64,000 nt of DNA from Monocercomonoides exilis PA203 (lineage: Eukaryota; Protista; Preaxostyla). Both the position numbers and the translations under genes were made by a program. The stretch is taken from NCBI GenBank assembly GCA_001643675.2, contig LSRY02000019.1, forward strand, positions 124,001-188,000, written 5' to 3'. Positions 22,001 through 33,161 of this stretch are shown here, in pieces (within the stretch, counting starts at the first letter, position 1; each line of letters begins with the position of its first letter). Below the pieces are notes generated by a model. It saw only the letters and a list, made by a program, of their open reading frames with translations. It did not search any database and was not told the DNA's origin.

Positions 22001-24080
22001 ACGCATTTGACTCTTCTTCCTTTTCGCTTTGAAGGATATCCAGTGAAGACTGATGAGAAGAGCAAAGGGACTTTAAGTTCTGGACGCAATTATCAAACAA
22101 TAATAACATCATATATAAAAAAGAAAAAAAGAAAAAGAAAGTTAATAAATAATCCTTTTTTTTTTCAATAAAAATGCATACTTTCTCATTTTCCTTTAAT
22201 TTTTCGTTTTCCATTAAAATATCTTGATTTTCCTTCTTTAAGCTCTCAATTTCTTTCATTATAAATTCATAATCTTTGGAGTTGCTTGCATTCTTTTTGA
22301 TTGCAGTTTCATTTTTGTTCCATGCACTTTCCATTGTCTCGTTTTCTACATCTTTTGTTGAATTATCTTGAACAAATTCTTGGTTATCATCTTGTTTCTC
22401 TTCAATGTGTTCTTGTTTCACAATGCTTTTCTTTGGTTCTTTCTCTTCCATTTGCTCACAATTTCCTTTATTGAACTCGTTCGGGTCTATCATTTCTTCA
22501 ACTTCTATTTCACGTTCTTTTTTCTCTCTTGCCTTTTGCAAAGCAACTGCTCGTTCTTCAGCATTGTATGAAGGTTTGTTATTATGTGTTGGATTTTCAT
22601 ACATAAATATTTCATCAGTTTCCGTGCATTCCTGACCAGTGCTAGCAGTCACATTTTGATTAGTGCAAACTTGCTGTTGTATTTCACTTTTTTCGCTTGC
22701 ATCTACAATTGGAATTGAATTCAATGAAATCTGCTTTTCCTGCTTTAATTTTCTTTCGGTTTCATTATTTGAAAGCATTTCAATTTCGGCTTCGTTGGAT
22801 AATGCCTGATGAATAATTGTTGCTTCTTTCGCCTTTTGTTGAAGCTGTTCGCTTTGAGTATTATTGCGCTCATCCACATTGTCATCTGAATTTTGAGGTT
22901 GATCATTGCCTAAGTTGTCTTTTTCTCCTGATAGCTCTACTTCTTCGATGCAATCACTCCCACTTTCTTTCTCAGAAGAAACAATTATTGCATCTTCATC
23001 AAAATCGGATTTCTCTTCGTCATAATCTTCTGATTTTATTCCTTCAATCTCCTCGTGATTTGTTTCTGAATTGATTGGATCCGTTTCATTCTTTTCTTTT
23101 TGTTGATCTTCTTTCATTTCTGCTTGTAAAGATTTCAACTTTTCATATTCTCTTCGAATCATCTGGCCCACTGCATCGTTTCCCATAATGATATGAGCAT
23201 CAAGCCTTGATATGGATGGTACAAATTTAGACTCATCAGGCTGTTGCGAATCTTGTTTGACATTTTCTTCCCTCGTTCCAAAGTTTTCTTTCATTTGCTC
23301 GTTTTTTGATTTGACGTCTTTCTCAGCTTTTTCATGAACATGATCTGTTTCATTATCCTCCGAAACAGAAGAATTATACTTCAAATATGGCGAGTCTGGA
23401 GGAGTTACAAGTAATACTTCGTCATCATCTCCATCTGCTGAGCTGCTTTTTCTTTGATTGATATCGGTTGTCGGAGGCATAGTGATTGTTCTTGTATCGT
23501 GTTGATCATTTAATTTATGTAAATCATCACAATTGATATCGCTTTGTGTATTTTCCTTTTCCGTTGTTCCAGAAGATGTCAAAAATTCTTTTTCACATTC
23601 ATCATCAATTTTTAATTCATTATTTTCGGTGTTGTCTAAAACACTTTCTGAATCTGCTTCGCATGTTGTACTTGCATCTTCATCTTCTATTGCATTTTGA
23701 TCATCAAACGGAAATGAATTCTCTCTAATAATTTCTTGTTGGTTTAGAAATGCAAATTCATTTATCCCGCTTTCTTCATCATCAACATAAATGTCTCCGA
23801 CTTCTTCTGACGTGTAATATTGATTATTAGCAATTTGATTGTTATTGTTTTCGTTTTCTTTTTTTCTTGACAGAACTGGCGTTGAGTAACTGGATAGATA
23901 AAAGTTGAGAGCATTTTGACAATGCTTCACCGATTCATCTTCTTTGGTTGAATCTTTAAATGTTTCAACACTTCTCATAATCATAATAAAAAATAGAAAT
24001 GTTGTTAAAGAATGAAAATTTAAGCATGAATGAATAACAAACGTATTATTTATATCAATGTTTGCTCTCTCTTCAGACAT
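19068..24080 (-). CDS. Large acidic/coiled-coil protein with basic Ser-rich tail; two probable stop-free 3n introns
   Basis: The 1681-aa ORF contains two U-rich hydrophobic stretches bounded by GT/AG: 22080-22181 (102 nt) and about 23971/23974-24042. Heptad-rich segments; no family recognised. Confidence 0.75.
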   Translation of the reverse strand: MSEERANIDINNTFVIHSCLNFHSLTTFLFFIMIMRSVETFKDSTKEDESVKHCQNALNFYLSSYSTPVLSRKKENENNNNQIANNQYYTSEEVGDIYVDDEESGINEFAFLNQQEIIRENSFPFDDQNAIEDEDASTTCEADSESVLDNTENNELKIDDECEKEFLTSSGTTEKENTQSDINCDDLHKLNDQHDTRTITMPPTTDINQRKSSSADGDDDEVLLVTPPDSPYLKYNSSVSEDNETDHVHEKAEKDVKSKNEQMKENFGTREENVKQDSQQPDESKFVPSISRLDAHIIMGNDAVGQMIRREYEKLKSLQAEMKEDQQKEKNETDPINSETNHEEIEGIKSEDYDEEKSDFDEDAIIVSSEKESGSDCIEEVELSGEKDNLGNDQPQNSDDNVDERNNTQSEQLQQKAKEATIIHQALSNEAEIEMLSNNETERKLKQEKQISLNSIPIVDASEKSEIQQQVCTNQNVTASTGQECTETDEIFMYENPTHNNKPSYNAEERAVALQKAREKKEREIEVEEMIDPNEFNKGNCEQMEEKEPKKSIVKQEHIEEKQDDNQEFVQDNSTKDVENETMESAWNKNETAIKKNASNSKDYEFIMKEIESLKKENQDILMENEKLKENEKVCIFIEKKKDYLLTFFFFFSFLYMMLLLFDNCVQNLKSLCSSHQSSLDILQSEKEEESNALIALSDAQLEIKRLKAKIRQFESEKGVADLMRSFEEEIEKVKKERDELAKELALVGIKEIDETLECESDENAKKANEEKNIDSSIGSIKESELDDERQSNKRLHTSNDVLDVTATPDRVMEIGSPTVLSSNMTSSTHSTKGRFSQNEDTESLHKQISSLKHSLKKAQKLLFVLTGEKQTELDAKLNASISSNCSPSPSFPSRKQALSNESNRNSTTNVSQKADSRNSPPNVQKRAEQEELAKIQRQSEMRKIALEKMEEKVKSLQEAMDEKDSEIKLLRADIGVLRTRWEREKENRRIRRMQRKMERHKREEENEEEKEILISGNEEKEYNSVEAHHSNEKYKSHSSSAGDEKNSNYEDDYRKSERVKSNIRKLNEKDNILDVSDKEEEMMQLRGTKEETFVSHKSKNLADRPEIKAINPLHSTTPFVDTSALQSSPQSQNVQSSITSETALHTSKPLHHGVTKQSTNLVDSSFPLSPDDTSKHSHDHYPDTDLEEEYRQVIPVIHVDILDESPPHNSEHLVTASPETAKMADPLQSNGTNTTHSPSTFSSYRQQHIKRQQPAIIPHRSYEKSSPAPSHELQEPSEAKEKNERPKPELNDTPKKSNASSPSKQSLFAQKRTPLNSNKNPVKDTTPIAKQAENSAKKRVTFSPSPHLVQTASRSQTPTKASNAPQSQKPPFVLIESHSRFSPSSAHISRELTRQKRDEQPDSSLSSKEKSNLLASSAVQNSALRRPSSAIGKRSQSLQRGASLNRPSTAAGDVGMRSRQADSVQRRPIFQKSNEKQAFGTAEKEEKKRASSVQPRSVLTRNQSPATVHFQQSHAIASPLNQKVGKRQTPEGIKEEERPASSKRQIEEGRIHQTPKKVTMASDQNRIEEQENEHLSSQVRSNAPTEHLQNVDRQVDEHRKHPFIPRLNLPVTASPVIAPFGRQEAIHKAPTKQPSEKPFQRNAVFSQQPPTRYTYQTSESIFNKKRRWM

Positions 24081-25041
24081 TTTTAACACCTTATCAAAAT
24101 AAATAATATTCAAAAAATATAATTAATTAAATATTTTGCAAACCTTTACCCCTGAAAATGTTTCGTAGAACAGAAAATTTTAAATGTTATTTATAAAGGA
24201 TATATAATTTTTTATTTTCAACGATCATGAAAAATGATTTGTTTCTAATCAAGAAAAAAAGTTGAATTTAAATTAAATACATTATATGTTTTCACATGTT
24301 CAGACTTTATAAATTGAAAAAAACGTTATTCTCAGGAATGTTCTCTTGTTTTATTTTTCTAACAAAAATTGGTTGCTGACTCAAATTTTCGAATTTATTT
24401 TTTGTAAATTAAAACACATTTTCAAGGAGAAATTTTTATTCAATGAATGTTTTCACAGAATAAAAGTTCAAAAAAAAATTTTTTTTTGAAATATATGTAG
24501 CCCTTTTTTTTATTTATTCAAACATGAATGTATTATTTAAGCTAACTGTGATTTATTCCAAGCAGTCGTTCATTTTTGAAATTTAATTTCAACAATGAAA
24601 ATTTTCTTTTTGAAAAACTTCTTTGATTGTTAATTAAATTATGAGAATAATGAAAACTTTTTTTCAGATTATCTTTTTATTCATTCAACTCAAATGATGA
24701 TTTAAAAAAAAACATGATGATGTGTCAAACATTTAAATGATGATTTCAAAAATTCTTTGATTTTGGTTAGAAATCAATACACCAAAAGAAAAGTTAATTT
24801 TTTTTCTAATAAAATACCTAATAATGTTTTCATCACTTTTTATTCCTGATATTGATTTATAAATAAAAAACTTTTTGTCTTTGATGTGAATTATTTTCCT
24901 CTGGCATAAAATAAAAAGCATTATTGTCGAATGACACAGAAGTTTTGCATTTATGAAAAATTCAATCATAAGTTCCATCTTTTTCTATAATCGAATAATT
25001 GTGACTCTGGTATTCTCATGCAAAATAAAATATTGAAATAT

Positions 25042-25297
25042 GGGTGATTATTATTGAAATCATATTTTCTTTAAGAAAATTTTCGGTTTCAATTTCTTGT
25101 TTAGAATTAATGACAATGAACATAAATATGAAATTACTTTAACAAATATTATTTCTGTCTTTCTTTCACGTCAAAGAATATTTTATGATTCAATAAAATG
25201 AATATAACACTTCAACAAAAGTATAATTTTCGAATTCACAAAACTCAAATAATTATGCACACCTCGAAAAAAGTTATGATTTAAAAAATAATCACCC
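25042..25297. mobile_element. MITE family A (256 bp, TIR GGGTGATTATTTTT.AAATCATA, flanked by ATAT)
   Basis: Terminal inverted repeats gggtgattattattgaaatcata / tatgatttaaaaaataatcaccc. ATAT at 25038-25041 and 25298-25301. Homologous copies at 49030 and 61374. Confidence 0.8.
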
Positions 25298-25692
25298 ATA
25301 TTCAAAAGTTGAGAAAAATCAATTAAAGCAATGTGTGGAACAAAAGTCATAAAGCAAAACATTATGTCCCAAATAGATAATGATGTGAAAATAATCTTCA
25401 AAAATAAATTGAACATTGAGTCATTTTGAATAAGAAGTTCACTTAAAAAATACATGAATGTGTGTGTGATTATTTTAAAAATTATCTTTTTTTCAGAAAA
25501 AATTTTTTGTGTGAAAATATGTCTGGAGTCTTATTTAATGAACATTAAACAAATAACATTTGAATGCAAATATCCTTTCAAATGATAAACATCAATTCAA
25601 AAAATCAACACACTGAAAAAAGTTGAAATTTTCAAATATAATTTAACGTGTGATTTTGTCTGCTTCAAAAGTCACAAATTATTGAAAATATT

Positions 25693-26094
25693 GTCACTTT
25701 CCTAATAGGCGGACACTTCCCTGATGGCCGGATAGTAGCCTTTTCTCAGCAGCTAATGAACGTAGAATTTTGATTTTATCCCACATCAATCGTAAGGTGA
25801 ATATGAGTATATGAAGCATTCTGAGAATACTTCATTCTTGTTCATTCATTTTTTAAAAATAATTTTTGTTTTTCAGAGAAATTCGGAAAAACTAATTACT
25901 CCGTGTTTCTCCGAAAAACAAAAATTATTTTAAAAAAATGAATGAACAAGAATGAAGTATTCTCAGAATGCTTCATATACTCATATTCACCTTACGATTG
26001 ATGTGGGATAAAATCAAAATTCTACGTTCATTAGCTGCTGAGAAAAGGCTACTATCCGGCCATCAGGGAAGTGTCCGCCTATTAGGAAAGTGAC
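25693..26094. mobile_element. 402-bp fully palindromic foldback element with 4-bp TSD (TATT)
   Basis: Arms of about 195 bp (GTCACTTTCCTAATAGGCGGACAC...GTGTCCGCCTATTAGGAAAGTGAC) with about 4 mismatches near the centre and a loop of about 12 nt. TATT at 25689-25692 and 26095-26098. Confidence 0.9.
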
Positions 26095-26632
26095 TATTCC
26101 ATTATAAAAATTCTTCAAGTTATTCTTATGCGATGCACACAACCACTTTTTGAAGAGTTTATTTTTATTTTGTCGGAATAATAGAAAATATTGCTTTATC
26201 TTTCATCATAGATAAGTCACATTTTTGTAATGAAGAATCATTTTTAATGGATTTTCTATAGAAAAAGATTATTTCATAAAAATATCGAAATTTTTATTTT
26301 GTTAATCATTTTGGTATTTCTTTATCAAATACAAATAAACAATTTGTGCACTCTGTATTTGTGAGAAATCGGAAAAACTTTGAGTTTCATTTTTTCATGG
26401 TTGCAATCGAAACGTAAAGACAAAGTCATTTTAATATTTTTTCATAATTAAACTTTTTGCAATAAATACTCATTTTCATTTATTGATTAAAAAAATATGA
26501 ACAATATTTTTCGTTATCAAGTTTATTTTTAAAATTAAAAATAAAAATTGATGAATAAATATTTTTAAAAAAATAACTACTATATTGAATGTAAACTTTT
26601 TCAAATTTTCATTTTTCTTCAACTATTTCAAT

Positions 26633-28111
26633 TCATTTGCTTTCTTTCTTTTTTTCCTTTTTTTCCTTTTTTTCCTTTTTTTCCTTTTTATCTTTTTTAT
26701 CTTTTTTCTCCTTTTTTTCCTTTTTCAATTCTTTGTCTGATTTTTCATCCTCTTCTCTCTTCTCTTTTTTCTCTGATTTTTTCTTTTTGTGTTTCTCTTT
26801 TTTCTCTTTTTTGATTTCTTCTTCGGTCTTTTTAATATCTTCTTCACTTTGATCTTCAGTTCTTTTTCGCTTTTTGGACGATTCTCCGTTTTTCGTACTT
26901 GACTGCTGTTTAATCACAATAAACGGTGTTTCTGTCTTTGATTCGACAGGGCGAGTATCTGAACATTGAAATTCTTCCGACGAACAAGAAGATGTGTCAG
27001 GTAAAGGAGAAGGAGACAGCGATGGAACAGGTGAATATAAAGGTGAAAATTCTGGAGGAAACGAAGGTGTTGGTGAAGGTGAAGGAGAAGGAGAAGGTGA
27101 AGTCGAAGGCAGAGGTGAACCTTCAGTTTGAGGAAATGTCTGACCTGATTTATATCCAAAAATTGTTGCAAGTTCTTCAGAAGAATACCTACTAACATCT
27201 CTGCTTTTCATGCGCTTATGATGACTTTTATAATTCAAAAAAATTATTCAATAAAAAAGTTGACATTATAAAAATTATCTGAACAAAAAAATTCGCAAAA
27301 ATAATAAAAATAGAATTCATAAATAATAACAATCAAATTGAGTTCCCAAAAAGTGATTTTCATTCGTTTCATTCACATTTTGCATACGCTGGTCGCACCA
27401 TCACTAAAGAAGAATTTGTGTGCAAGGTTTCCACTGCGTGAGCTGTAGTTTCAGATTTCTCAGAATCAGAATCCTGCACGTGTGATGATAAATGAGAAGA
27501 ATCAACCGTTGATGATATGGATGGAGGTGAAATGGAATTAACTGGAGATGAAAAAGAAGGTGAAGCTGAAATCGGAGGAGAGCGCGATGGTGATAAAGTT
27601 TCTGTTGGGATGGGTGATGGAACTGGTGAGGCGGATGGTGAAGGAGAAGAAATGGATCCTGTCGATCCATGCTTTAATTTCAACTTATTCAGTATAGATG
27701 CATAACTATTGGCTGTTGTTCAAAATTAAAATAGTGAATAAAAAGAATATTATCCATGACACATACACACTCCGAGCCATGCTTCAGAAACGTTTCCCGT
27801 ACCAATGCCTTTTTTATTTTGATTTATTTACCATATTATCAGAAAATTTTTATTACCAATAAATACCTTTTAAATCTGTCTTAATTGGAACATAAATTTG
27901 TTCTTTCGTGCCTGGGTTTTTCCCGATGCCTTTGTTCATTTTGTAATTGATTGCAAAAAATTCAAAGAAAAGTAAAAAAAACATAAAACATTAATTATCC
28001 TATTTTCATGCCTTCACCGGGCTTCCACCCCATCTTTGAAAGCATACGAAATCCATATCCTTTTGACTTAGTCCACGCAATGTTTTGAGTTGCTAAAAGT
28101 GGATTGGACAT
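26633..28111 (-). CDS. PINX1: G-patch protein PINX1/Pxr1(Gno1), 5 exons, about 373 aa
   Basis: Exons 28012-28111, 27867-27929, 27767-27808, 27388-27712, 26633-27224 give NIAWTKSKGYGFRMLSKMGWKPGEGIGKN...KGIG...AWLGVSNSYASILNKL...HHKRMKSRDVSRYSSEELATIFG plus a KKE-rich tail, the PINX1 layout. Confidence 0.85.
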
Positions 28112-28218
28112 GCGACAAAAAGATATTTATTAAGATCTAACCCTTATTCCTTTATAAATATGGATCAATATTATTCATTAACAATTAACGCGTGCATAAT
28201 ATAATCTCCAATTCAACA

Positions 28219-30832
28219 TCAAGATTTAAGTTCAATTAATTTATCACGAATTTTATGTGAATCAGATGTAGTTAAAGATGATTTAACAATCGACTGAATA
28301 TGATTATTTCCATTTTTACCATCATTTTCAGGCTTCTTTTCCTTTTCAGGAACAGTTGCAATAGGAACAGAGTCTTCACGATGAACTTGCTGAGATTTGA
28401 CAGAATCAACATCATCCTTTTTCTGGAGCTGGGCTGAAGGATGTCCAGTTTTCGGTAGTATGTGCAGCACCTCGTCAAAAGCAGCTATTTGAGCAGCAGC
28501 GACAGAGATGAGGCGTGAATACAGCTCAGGATGAGTCGATGTGCGCACGTCAAACGGAACATGAGGCACATTCACGTTGTGTCTGTTGGGTGTTGCCTGA
28601 TATCCAGTCATTGCATTTGATGAGGATGGATTCCCAGAGTCAGAATATTTACCTGTACTGCGATTATCCTGCACATTGCTGGCACTTTCTCCCTCTGGCT
28701 TCTTTTTCCGTTCATCTTTCTCTTTCTCTCTTTCTTTCTCTTTCTCTTTCTCTTTCTCTTTCTCTTTCCCTTTGCCTTTCTCAGTTTTCCTCTCCTTCCT
28801 CCTCTTATCCCCTTCCTCTTCCTTCACCCCTTCCTTTTCCTCTGTGCTTCTCATCAGATAGTTCCACAATGTTTGGCTCTTGTTGCTGAACCGCTTGTCT
28901 GCATCCTTGAAAATCTCGCTGTTCTTCAGCGACTTCTCTGCCTCTACCCACTCCCTCTCAAAGTACTCCTTCTTCCGCGCCCGCTGCTTCTCCCTCTCTT
29001 TTTCTCTGATCTTCCTCTGCTGGTCAAGAATCCTCTGCCTCCTCCTCTGCTCTCTCTTCGCCTCCAGCGACAGCAGCGTCTCCATCCTCTCTTTCTCTCG
29101 CGCGTGTCTGTCAGCCACAGACGCCCACAGCTGCGCCTGCGCCCGGCGGAGCTGCTGCTGCTCTGTGCTGATGCGGTGCCAGTAGTTGCACAGAAGGGTG
29201 GGGAATGAAAAAGAAGGGGTGCGGAAGAGAGAGGAGTTGTCTGGATGGAAAGAGGATGAGGCAGATAAGAAGAGGTTGAGTCGATTTTCAGGCGATGTTT
29301 GTTCTGATTGACTGGATGATGTGTGGTGAAGCAGAGGCTCTGCCGGCTTTTCAGTGTCAGGAGCAGGCGTTGGAGAGCCTTCTAGCCAATCGAGTGGATC
29401 AGGTGAAGGAGGAGGAGAAGATGATGAAGTGTTTGTATTTGGTGTGTTCAATGATTGAGTGATGGGATTGGAAGATGAGATGGAAGATGAAGAATCTTTT
29501 GGAAGTGTGGTTGTGGAAGAGGGAGAGGAAGAAGAAGAGGAAGAAGAGGAAGAAGAGGAAGAAGAGGAAGAAGAGGAAGAAGAGGAAGAAGAGGAAGAAG
29601 AGGAAGAAGAGGAAGAAGAGGAAGAGGAAGAAGAAGAAGAAGAGGAAGAGTAAGAATCAGATGTGTTTTGAGAAGAAGATGGGAAATGTAGTGATAGAAT
29701 GTTGATGATTGGTTCGACCAGCTCATCTGTCTGGCAGCGAAATGAATAAAGTCTGCGAGAAATAGATTTGAGCAAGCTTTCTTCGAGAAGTGCCATTGGA
29801 GAAGAAGAAGAAGAAGAAGAAGAAGAAGATGATGATGATGAATCAGAGGATGATGAAGTGCTGAGTGAATTTTCAGCAGTTAGAGAAGAATTTGAAGTGT
29901 TTTTATTAATTTCTTCTGATATGCGTGTGCTTGAAGAAGAATCCATAGAAGAAGTTGACAATGAGTCAGATGAAGAAGAAGCAGAAGAAACAGAATCAGA
30001 TGATGCAGATGAGAAAGTCGAAGCATCATTCATTGGCGCTGACTGCTGAAGTGCTGGGGCATTTTCGTTTTCTGCTGTTTCCTTCTGAGTTTGTGCAGGT
30101 GCTGTTGGCAAAGAAGAAGAAGAAGAAGAAGAAGAAGCATCAACTGCATCAACAGAAGAGCTGGAAGTTGAAGTAGAAATGGTATCTTCCGAAGAATTTT
30201 GCTCTTTTCCATTCATATTTGCTTGATCGAGTTTTTCTTCTGCCTCTTTCGTCTTGTCATTTGCTTCGCTCATTTCTTTCTCCACAACTGCATCTGATGA
30301 AATTGCAGAGGCAGTTGTGGATGATGCTGAATCAATTGCTGGTTTTGCATCAGATGCAGTAGTTGTATCAGCAGCAGCAGCAGAAGAAGAAGAAGCAGAA
30401 GAAGAAGATTCATCAGCAGCTGGAGCAGGCAGAGGAGCAGGCAGAGCAGCCTGCTTCAATGGAAGCGGCTGTCTGGGTGGTGTGATTGACATGTCAGACG
30501 AAGAAACAGAGTTGTTTGAGACAGACGAAGGTGACGCACCAACAGGCGAGCCTTGTGAAGCGGTTGAAGGCGAATTCATATTTGATCCTTCAGCATAAGA
30601 GGGGGAGGCTGAAGGAGAAGGAGATTGTGCTAAGGAAAGAGACATCCAGCTGGGCGCATAGGACTCGCTGGCGGTGAGTGAGTGCAGGGCATTCGATGTG
30701 GAAGACGAGAGAAACGAGGTCTGATCCAAAAGCCGCAGCGCTTTCACAGAAAGATAACTTGGTTCAGCTTCAGTGGTTGTTGTTGTGGTTGAAGAGAGAA
30801 GATCAGCAAAGGATGAATTAATAGAAGGATCA

Positions 30833-30873
<41 letters not shown>

Positions 30874-32177
30874 TGATGAATCAAACTTGTTTGACGTAAG
30901 TATGTTCAAAAAACGTGTAATATCCTCATCAAAAACAACACCATTTCTTTCACTAAAATCTGAATGTGAATTGCCCATTTTCGGCTTTTTTGGCATTGAA
31001 TTGAATAAATCTGTCACATCCGCCGTGTTCAAATCAACATCTTCTTCCTCTTGTTTCACATTCTCTGTTAAACTTTCTTTGAGTCCGACAATTTGACCCA
31101 AGTCAATTTTGCGAAAACAATCTGGTTGTTCATTTCTCTCCAAATTACTGTTGATATCTTTACCTTCTCTTCTGCTTTCTTTGCCATCACATAATTTGCC
31201 CTCTGTTTTAGGCTCGTCTGTTGCCAAAAGCAAAGAAAAAAACGAATTCATCGATTGTCTTTGAGAATGCACATTTGTAAATGTTGGCGAGCTATCACGT
31301 CTTCGATCATGGTTGTCCGATGCTTCTCTCTCTAATTTATTTTTTGCATCCATTGAGACAAATCGACGACTGGGTAAAACTCTATCAAGCTTTGGAAACA
31401 TACGCTCTTCAACAACGAAAATGATAATATTCATCAAAATAACATTTATCAAATATAAGGAAAGAAAAATTTAAAGGACACACTTCCTTGAAGAGAATCT
31501 GTTGTAAATGGATTTTTTGGTTTTGAAGGTAAAAGACGCGAAGGTGACAAGGGCATAGAAGAACTTCCAACATCCTTTTGCAACATTTGAGGTAGCAAAT
31601 GCGAAGAAACTTTATTGCGCTTGTCTTGTTTTAAATTTTCAGTATCCATGTTTGAAGAGCCTGAAGAGTTTTCTGCTTCCTTTTTCATGGGTTCTTTTGG
31701 AGTAGATTCAGTTTTAACACGTGAAACATCTTCGTTATTCAACTCAATATTTTCTGATTGATTTTCTTCGGAATCTGATTCTTCATTCTGGTCGCTTCGA
31801 TTTACCGTATCAGATTCGTTCATTTGCTCATCGTTTGAATCATCGTCTTCTTCGAGTTGTAGTTTTCCAACACGCCTTTTCTGAACTTTTTCTTTATCAC
31901 TTTTCCCCTGTTTTTGCGCCTTTTTCGCTTGCTTTAATTTTTGAACTTCTTCTTCGTTAATTTTTTTGCAATATTCAATATTTTCTTCAGAATTTTTCAA
32001 AAATTGAGATGGTTCTTTCCATTCATCTGAATTTTTTTTGAATCCTTTGTAATGAATCTTAAATTCAGTTCTATCCCCCAAAGTTCGTAGCGCTAAAATT
32101 TTTCCTTCATAGTAGCACGAGCCTGATAAAACCCACACAATTTCATTCTTTTGAAAATTGTTTTCTTTTTCAGACAT
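28219..32177 (-). CDS. Tudor-knot/chromo-barrel domain protein with long Ser-rich and coiled-coil region (2 exons)
   Basis: N-terminal EIVWV...YYEGKIL...FKIHYKGFKKNSDEW is a chromo-barrel of the Eaf3/MRG15/Esa1 type. Intron 31407-31483 (GTGTGT...GAAG) joins the two ORFs in frame. Confidence 0.75.
29525..29650. repeat. (GAGGAAGAA)n / (GAA)n coding microsatellite, poly-Ser on the minus strand
   Basis: Tandem 9-mer array visible directly; encodes a run of about 41 Ser. Confidence 0.95.
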
Positions 32178-33161
32178 GTTGATCATAACCATTTTATTAA
32201 TATTAATGAGCAACAAGCGGAATATTATTTTTTGTATTTGTTGTTTGTGTGGATCTTGCGTTTAGAAAAATAAAAAGTCACATTTTGTTGAGGAAACATG
32301 AGAAAAAAAGATAATTAGCAATGAAATTCATATGATATTTTAAGTTTTAAAGGTAGGTTTAGATGAAAAATTGAAGAATGCTTTATTTTGTTTATGATGA
32401 AAATTTTACCGTATCCAGACAAGTTTAAAAACTTGAATGAGCTTGGATTTGTCATAGTTACTCTGATGCATTTTTGAAAATTCATTTTTGATGAGTTTTT
32501 ATTGACTTATTTAACTTTTGAATCATTAATTTTTTGAATTGTATTTTTGAATAATTTTTTTGTATTCTCGAAGGTTTTTTAGTTTGAACATGTTAAAAGA
32601 GCGTTTATCTCTTTTTAAACTTCTTGTTCAAAGGTGTGCATAATGTGAGTTGAGTTATTGGAAAATTTGAAAGAAGTATATGATGAAGATTTTTTTTTGA
32701 CTAGAGTTTCTGAAAAAAAGCATGATTATACAACATGCATGGACTGATACTTCTTTCGTTGTTTTTTTTAACTTTTTTTAATATATTTCGATTTTTTTTG
32801 AGTTAATTAATAAATTATTTCGATTTTATTTCTTCTATTTATAGGTTTTCATTTCATTTTTGGTTTCAATGAAAAACATGCAAAAAATAATTCGAATGTT
32901 CTTTATGTTTTTTTCAAAAATATTAAAACAAATAAATTAACAATTAAATAAATTATTTATGATCATTGTTACCAAAAATATAAAATAAATATTTTTAAGA
33001 ATTAATGTTTTGAAGTTTTGACAAAGGAAGCTGTATTTGATTGTTGACCGTTCAATTTTTCACTTGTGTTTTCAGTTATTGTTTCATTTGATCATGCGGA
33101 GCTTAAATTTACTGTAGATGAACTTTACAGTTTTTTTTTAACATTTCTTGCTGGATTAAAA

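Noticed and set aside
25693-26094. Structural RNA gene or pre-miRNA
   Set aside because: The stem is far longer and more perfect than such RNAs and is bounded by a target-site duplication.
29448-30677. Poly-Glu, poly-Lys/Arg and LLP-repeat ORFs
   Set aside because: Alternative frames of the poly-Ser microsatellites in the 28219-32177 gene.
31449-32216. Calling the gene EAF3/MRG15
   Set aside because: Only the chromo-barrel is recognisable; no MRG domain is seen.
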